Assembly: GCA_965637545.1 (NCBI GenBank)
Contig: OZ281495.1
Location: 19,716,001-19,780,000, forward strand
From: Phallusia mammillata
Lineage: Eukaryota
DNA length: 64,000 bases
Reading direction: 5' to 3'
The position numbers were made by a program, and so were the translations under genes. The notes beneath the pieces are model-generated. The model ran no database searches, was not told the origin of the DNA, and saw only the letters and a list, made by a program, of their open reading frames with translations. The stretch's first letter is position 1. Each line of letters starts with the position of its first letter. Positions 57,801 to 64,000 of this stretch are shown piece by piece.

Positions 57801-60066
57801 TTCAGACGGATCTTCTCTCTGGTCGTTTATGATATTTGTGATGAAGTACAAGACACCTTTGGTTTTACATCTTAAACCATTTGTCCTACGTCAGGTCAGT
57901 CTTTTAAATGTATTTTTCAACAACTGCGCCCATATTAACTGTCACTAAATTAATCTTTGATAATACTTCCTGGAAAAACGGTGCAACTCATTTTCAGACA
58001 CAAAAGTATTGGTTTAGTTTGCAATGTCCAAATGTTGAGTTTACAAATTGATCTTTTTTGTTACTTTTTTGTTCAGTTAAAAAATAAAACGAAGCAATGT
58101 TTACGGGGAAAATCAAATAGTGTGACTTTGTTTAGTTTATGAAGAGGAGGGTGGAATTGGCGGAGGAAGCTGCTCTAAGAAAATGTCTGCAAAACTGTTT
58201 GCAAGCAAGAAAATGTGTTCCTATAGTAATGACAGTGCTCATCGAAGACTTTGTTCGAGAGGCCCAGGAGTTGCGTCAGCTATGTCAACAACCAAAAGGT
58301 ATGATTGTTTTTGCCTCTATATGACAACATTCTTCAAGGTGTTGATATTACAACTTTATGGACCATTTCCAGTGTTATGTTATCAATCGAAGTAGTAAGC
58401 CGACCCATAGTTAGGGCCCGAACCAGGCCGAACCCGATATTTTTGACCGAAGTCAACCCAAAAGTTACATTAAACAACGTAAAATTACGATCGTCAGGCC
58501 AAATCCAAGATTATTTTCTGCAAAATAGAGGCCGAACCTGACCCGAAACCATCCCGAACCCAAACGCGACTTGAAAAGCCCGGCCCGACTTACAACTCTG
58601 CTTTGAACAACCACATGCCTTGACGTGTTGATGTAATGACCGCTGGGCGTATTTAATTCTGTTTGAACTTTTTAAATTTAAATAGGTTTCAAACCACCGG
58701 TGTCTTTTCAAGCTTCGCCAGTTATTTCGCCTACGAATCTGGGCAATCAGGAACAGAACAGTTTTAAAGAACGATCTCGCCTGTCATCATTCCGTTGCGC
58801 AATTTCCTCCCTTCCCAAAAATCAAACTCACAATGATTCGATGGATGAAAATGCGATTGAGACAGACAAACTTCTTGCCAGGTATAAAAAAAATGTTTTG
58901 AAACAAGTGATTGTGTGCGAATGAAATTTAAATCTACTAGTTGCTTTAATTTGATAAAGAAAGTGATGATATTTCTTTAAACAGGCCAAACGAAAAAAAT
59001 TTGCTTCCCAACAATGCTTCTTCAGCTGCTCGGTTATGGTCACAATTGGCAAGTTTCGTTCGTATATTCTCATAATAATCGTTAACTGTGTCTTCCTGTA
59101 GCTGAAAATATTATAGCATTGCATAATACAAGCTGTTGAATAAAGTTATTTTGTATGCATGTAGATGAGAAGTCGTTCAAACCGGGATGAAGCTAGTCAT
59201 GAACCGAGTAACAAACTTGGCAGGTACATTACAACGAATAACACATTTCGGCATGACACTCTCCAATTCAATAATTTAGTTTCAATAAATATTCACTTTG
59301 CCGCAGAGGAAATATGTCGCTCACACCTAGCAAGGAAAAACCTTCGTCATCCAAACCCAACAGCATTCCCAATATCACAGTTGACATGTACGAAACACCG
59401 AAGAAGACATTAAGTGATGTCAGGTTCATGAAGATTTCTGGTTTTCTTTTATATTTTTACAGTTTATAGTTGCACGTAATTTGGAAATAAACTTTGGTTA
59501 ACTTAACAGACAAGTTCCGTTGCCTGAACAAAGTGGTCCAGCTGAAAGTGTTTTGTTACAACAGGAATCTTCGAAGTGTAAGTTTTCTTAAGGAAACAGA
59601 AACTTTCTGTTAATTTGGCAAATTAAATTTTTATTTCTAATTTCACTTTAAATTGGTCTTTAAAGTACATTTGTGTATTCAACTTCCTGAGTGCTTACCA
59701 AAAAGCTATCTACAATAATTTGCATCATATATGCAAAGTACACATTGCATAATCATCATACTCATTGTTCTGTTTTTCTTGGTTTCAGCACCTAAACTAC
59801 CCCAAAAAGAGAATAGCAAATCAAAAGTGGGCAAATTGACCAGTTTCAAAGCTACAAATAGTCTTTGCTCCGATTCATCGTTAGACCAAATGCCAGCTTT
59901 TAATCAGCGTGAAGACAGTGTCGCTGTCGTTAATGAAGAAACACGAAACTTCACATCCCTATCTATTGATGAAACCTTTGTTGAACGGCCACCAAGTGTT
60001 GCTTCATTTGATGATGCTAAACGGACTTTGCATAAACTTGTATTGAGATCTAGCTTTAGACGTTAG
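39817..60066 (+). CDS. UNC80: Protein unc-80 homolog (NALCN channel complex subunit), many exons
   Basis: Exon 1 MPLPIQSFLWRQT (39817-39920), exon 2 PFLRRKIGKLYEASCM (40125-40173), exon 3 SFEHVLVENKLQGLPPSLSGAIESITRCELIDACLPHVMHCAALLISNRNKLG (40245-40401), then TKLLHTLHW...LFVYLFAP...KETDLTFRLA, FDVAVLNCL...WSEDG, LLDVCLQILDCLFQM, HIRLAEIANSLLK. These closely follow the recalled human UNC80 sequence. The probable last exon ends in TAG at 60064-60066; C-terminal exon boundaries are approximate. Confidence 0.95.
51371..51573. mobile_element. Short MITE-like element, ~203 bp, in a UNC80 intron
   Basis: 17-bp inverted repeats GATAGGTGGCGCAAAGA / TCTTTGCGCCACCTGTC (one mismatch); internal GGGTTAGGGTAAGG; no clear TSD. 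Confidence 0.7.
58388..58600. mobile_element. Degenerate MITE remnant with CCGAACCCGA-type subterminal repeats
   Basis: Repeated CCCGAACC/CCGAACCCG/GACCCGA motifs. The right end GCCCGACTTACAACTCTG resembles a hAT terminus and is loosely matched at the left. Confidence 0.5.
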
Positions 60067-60478
60067 CTTATGTGTTATATTTGTCGATCTGTATACATTG
60101 CTTGTCTGCTGCTTTCCACCGTAGGCCTACCTATACGTTTCCGATCATTTCATATTTGTCATATTGTACCGATAATACATCGATCAACACTACGTTTGTT
60201 GTATTTTTGGCAAAAATTTTTTGCTATTCTACAATCTGTCATAAAACCATTTCCTTTTTTATTTAAATCAGACTTATAATAAGTTTTAAGATGTACAAAT
60301 ATTTTTTAATAGTGCAGCAAACATGTCTTGCGTAAAACAAAGAGTCGCGGTAAACAGAAATACAAGTCGATAATTGTTTTGTACATCTTTGCTGAAATAT
60401 ACAAACGTTATGTAAAGTAAATGAACACAAAAAGCGAGATTCAAACTTGTATCCGATTAAAAAAGTATTCATTGCTGT

Positions 60479-63400
60479 TTACGAAAGACATCCATAGATT
60501 TCCAGTCGAAGAGCAATACGACGTCTCCATCTTTGCGGGTGAATTCGAATGTAACGTGAAACAATGGTGGGGTTGATCACTCGTTTAACTACTGATCTGC
60601 CGTTTGAATTTCCGCGAATCTCCGTTCTACGACGCCCCCCACCCCACTCGGGGTTAGTGGGATCATGCCACCACCAGTCTCTGTTGTTGTCGCTAAAAGA
60701 AATCATGAAGGATCGAATGTACCCGAATCCTTGTGAGCCTCGCACACTGATTCCAGTCACGTTAAACGTCCTCCCGAGGTCCACTTTTAACCTAAACATT
60801 GGGCAAAAATCGTTATGTTGTGTTTCGTCATGCAAAATGTATGCTTGTTTTGTCACAACTATTCTGTGAAAGTGTTTTGAAACATGACACTTTTAACAAC
60901 TGTCACCAGTGTTGGAGGTTGCTGGATTTTCTTCCTTTCTTTGGTCGCCAAGCTGATTTTCCATTCAGATGCGCCCAAGGCCCTGATACCCGAGTGTTAC
61001 ACAATTCAAGTGAAAGAGACGTAATTCGACATGTGGCTGTTGTGGTTGTTGTTGTGTTGATTGATCCACCCGTAGAACCCTGTTCAAAAAAGCGCAGTGA
61101 AAATTTAAAACGGCTACAAAGTTGATCAATTTTGACTAAATAAGTTCAATGATAAATTGCCAACCGATTAGTAATGCTAATAAATGGTTCAAACTTTGAT
61201 TAAAACATGAAATGGTAACTTTACATTTTAAAAGCGTTTGTTTTTCTGAAAGATCTCTTTACTTTACATGAACAAGCATGTCTTAATAGACGAGATAACT
61301 TTGATCATAAACTGAAACAATGTTTAAACATCTTGTTTTTACATTGGCAATAAACGTTTTACCTGTAGTATTGGTTGATCGCACATTTCTACGGGACTTG
61401 TGGTTGAAACCTCGGGAAGAGCTGTTGTCGTTGCAACTTTTTCGTCGGTTCTTTCAATCTTACAATTTCCCTCACTTAAGTTTTCGACCACTCTCCAAAC
61501 TGTATCTGTTATCTAGACAAGTGCCTTACACGTTGACTTGTGACTTGTGACTTGTTTGCGTTACTGCTATACGAACCTGAGAGAGGAATTCAATGTTTTC
61601 CTCGGTCACGTGACTCTTATCGTCGCACATAGCGTTGTGACATCGTCGCATGTAACCACGTAAGGCTCCTGATAACAGAGTTTGTTTACTGGGAATATAG
61701 TCCTTATTAATACTATATACGTAGTTGTTTCTGTTGGCCTGGTCGAAATTAAATAACTTTGCATTTAAAAAAAATCGATCAATTGATTTGTTATCTCACG
61801 TTATGGAGATGTTTTACTTGCTGATTGGTACAAAAGTCATTAAATATGTTAGAAATGTTTTTCTCTTTCGGCAACCAAATCTTGTTTTGACACCAAGCAA
61901 ATGGTCGCGGTGTCAGAAAGCATGAAGCAATTATACGACAGCTCGAAAACTTGATGGTGTGACTTTACTTACCTGTATCTGTGAGTGAAATACATGGTAA
62001 TGGGTTCCGTAGACGTCTAAACACCAAGCAGTCGTCATGTTGAGCGAGTTGCTCGCCTTTCATCAAACAAAAAGCTTGTTAAATGGCTTTTAAATCAAAA
62101 GCACAAACACGAGTTTGGCATGTAATGTTTACCGAGTAGCTTGTGTATTTAAAAGTGCTTACCTTGCGGAGTTAAGCGCTGACTGATAAATCCCGCCTCT
62201 GTGTTGCTGTTTTGTGTGTTGGTCCACATCTCCTCTAACTGATCCGCATAGAAAGACACGCGATTGAATGCGGTTTCCATGTCAACGTACGAAGCTAAGA
62301 CCCAATCGCCGGCAAATTTTCTTCTTGATATCTTGCGGAATAATTGCAAAAACACAATCGTGCATTTCTTTTTTAAAAAAAAAAACTTTTTATGTATCCT
62401 GCTAAGCAGCAAATGTATACCTGATTTTCGTACTTTCGAAGAATCCGATTGATTTCAGCATTGGAATTTGTACTCAGTAGTTGATGAAAATTAGGCATAG
62501 ATTGCGATGACGAGCTGCATTGTTTTAGTAGGATTGATGTGGTTTAACTTTTCTAGAGCAATACTAACGGGATTTTACCTTGAATCGAAATTCAGCAGAG
62601 AATCAAGATTCACAGCAAGCTGTAGGCGGGATCCAGTGCGACGAAGATGGGGAAGCAGCCATCCGCATAGAAAGTGAGCTGATCCAGCAAGTCCATCAAA
62701 CTGTTCACCGATATAACAGTTTGTGTATCCACTTCCTGATAAACCGTCGGCAAAGTTCCCTTCCTCCTTGAAGTCGGTGGCAACCAATACAACACTGTAG
62801 TTCCTGTCAATGACAAATGTTTGTTAGTCATTGTGTTATCGAATAAGGTAAAGATAGAGGGACTTATAGCTTTTATTAGAAATGTACTAAATAAACATCA
62901 GTCTTTCATGTAAAACTGAAAAACAAACAAACAGACAAAATAGAGAGTGTACTTCGTTTGACACCGATGCTTACCAAATAGTAAATGCTACACAACCTCA
63001 AAGATTTTCAAATTTTCTACTTTTTAATTTAGAAAGAAAAACAAAACTCGTTAAAATGTTTCAATGGCGAGTTTAAGGTCCAAACGAAGAAGTAGTCTGA
63101 TATAAGAAGTCTGATAAGGAGATAAAAAATTACATGAAACGCGCCGACAATCCTTGTACCTTGTGCAACTTTCATTTCGCGTAAGCAGCCTGGCAATCTC
63201 CAGTAAAGCTGACACTCCCGATCCATTATCGTTTACACCTGGAGTACCGTCTGTATCCGTATCATAGTGGGCAATCAATACAACTATTCTGTCTAGCATG
63301 TTACCGTAGTTGACTCCTCGAATCATAGCAATGACGTTGTAACCTCGGACCACGGTTTTGATGTACTTAAATACATTAACTTTATTTATTTACTTTACAA

Positions 63401-64000
63401 ATACATTAACTTTGTTAAGAACATTTAATAAATCCTGGTAAATTGATTCTGGGAATCATTCCCTGTTCTGTTGCCATTGTTGCAACGATTTCCACCTCCC
63501 ATCTCTATTTCCCAAAACGTGGAACATTTACTAAAGGGAAAACAAATTTTCCGAATAAATTTACCGACTGAAAATTAATTGGGGCTCGATCTTCCTGATG
63601 AACTTGCCAAATCTTAAAAGTGTTCAACTCCGAAACAATCCCAAAGTCAAGAAGCATTTTAGCAATAAACTTTCTTGCCGCCACCTGCATATAGTTCGTA
63701 CAATGACAATGTGTTGAAAGTTTGGAAACTCTATTTTCTTACCTTATTTGATGGATCGGCGGCATGGTGGCGTGGATTTGCCAACACTCCTGTAATCCAC
63801 TTTCGCAAATTTCGACTGCTTGCGCTGTTCGAAGTCTCGTGTCTTTCGGGCACGTGATTGGGAAGTATGTCGTTGCATCTGAAAGAACACAACACATTAA
63901 CACATTCAAAGATGGAAAATATTATAATAATATGATAGGGGACTTACTTGTCTCCGTTACAGCAGTATTTGCATAGATGTGTGTTCTGGTCGGTATGGTA
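60479..64000 (-). CDS. Secreted M28-family peptidase-like protein with an N-terminal Ly6/uPAR-like Cys motif and a C-terminal F5/8 type C (discoidin) domain; 5' end outside window
   Basis: Phase-consistent exons give HLCKYCCNGDKCN (across the 63948/63878 junction), RKWITGVLANPRHHAADP, GYNVIAMIRG...VVLIAHYDT...GVNDNGSGVSALLEIAR, VLVATDFKEEG, AVNLDSLLNF, FAGDWVL, PCISLTDTG, LRGYMRRCHNAMCDD, a Thr/Pro linker, then HLNGKSAWRP...WLKVDLG...SRYIRIHPQRWRRRIALRLEIYGCLS* (stop 60479-60481). Confidence 0.9.

Overview
AT-rich, intron-dense animal genomic DNA with many ~55-80 nt introns; a tunicate or other invertebrate chordate is my inference. Four co-oriented + strand genes: the 3' part of DOP1/Dopey (to 33010), AK6, an RGS-domain gene and a near-complete UNC80 (39817-60066). 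A convergent - strand gene, truncated at the window end, encodes a Ly6/uPAR-like CC-x4-CN motif, an M28 peptidase domain and an F5/8 type C domain. The most unusual feature is an antisense gene nested in an ~10.9 kb DOP1 intron (9835-11161). It encodes a signal peptide, a six-Cys sushi module, a charged linker, a furin site and a 55-aa six-Cys C-terminal peptide that I cannot assign to a family. Several MITEs (two with exact 8-bp TSDs) and a tandem-repeat element lie in introns. Most short ORFs in the supplied track are exon fragments, antisense shadows or noise. Gene models were assembled by eye from splice signals and phase; homology calls are from recalled sequences, not searches.
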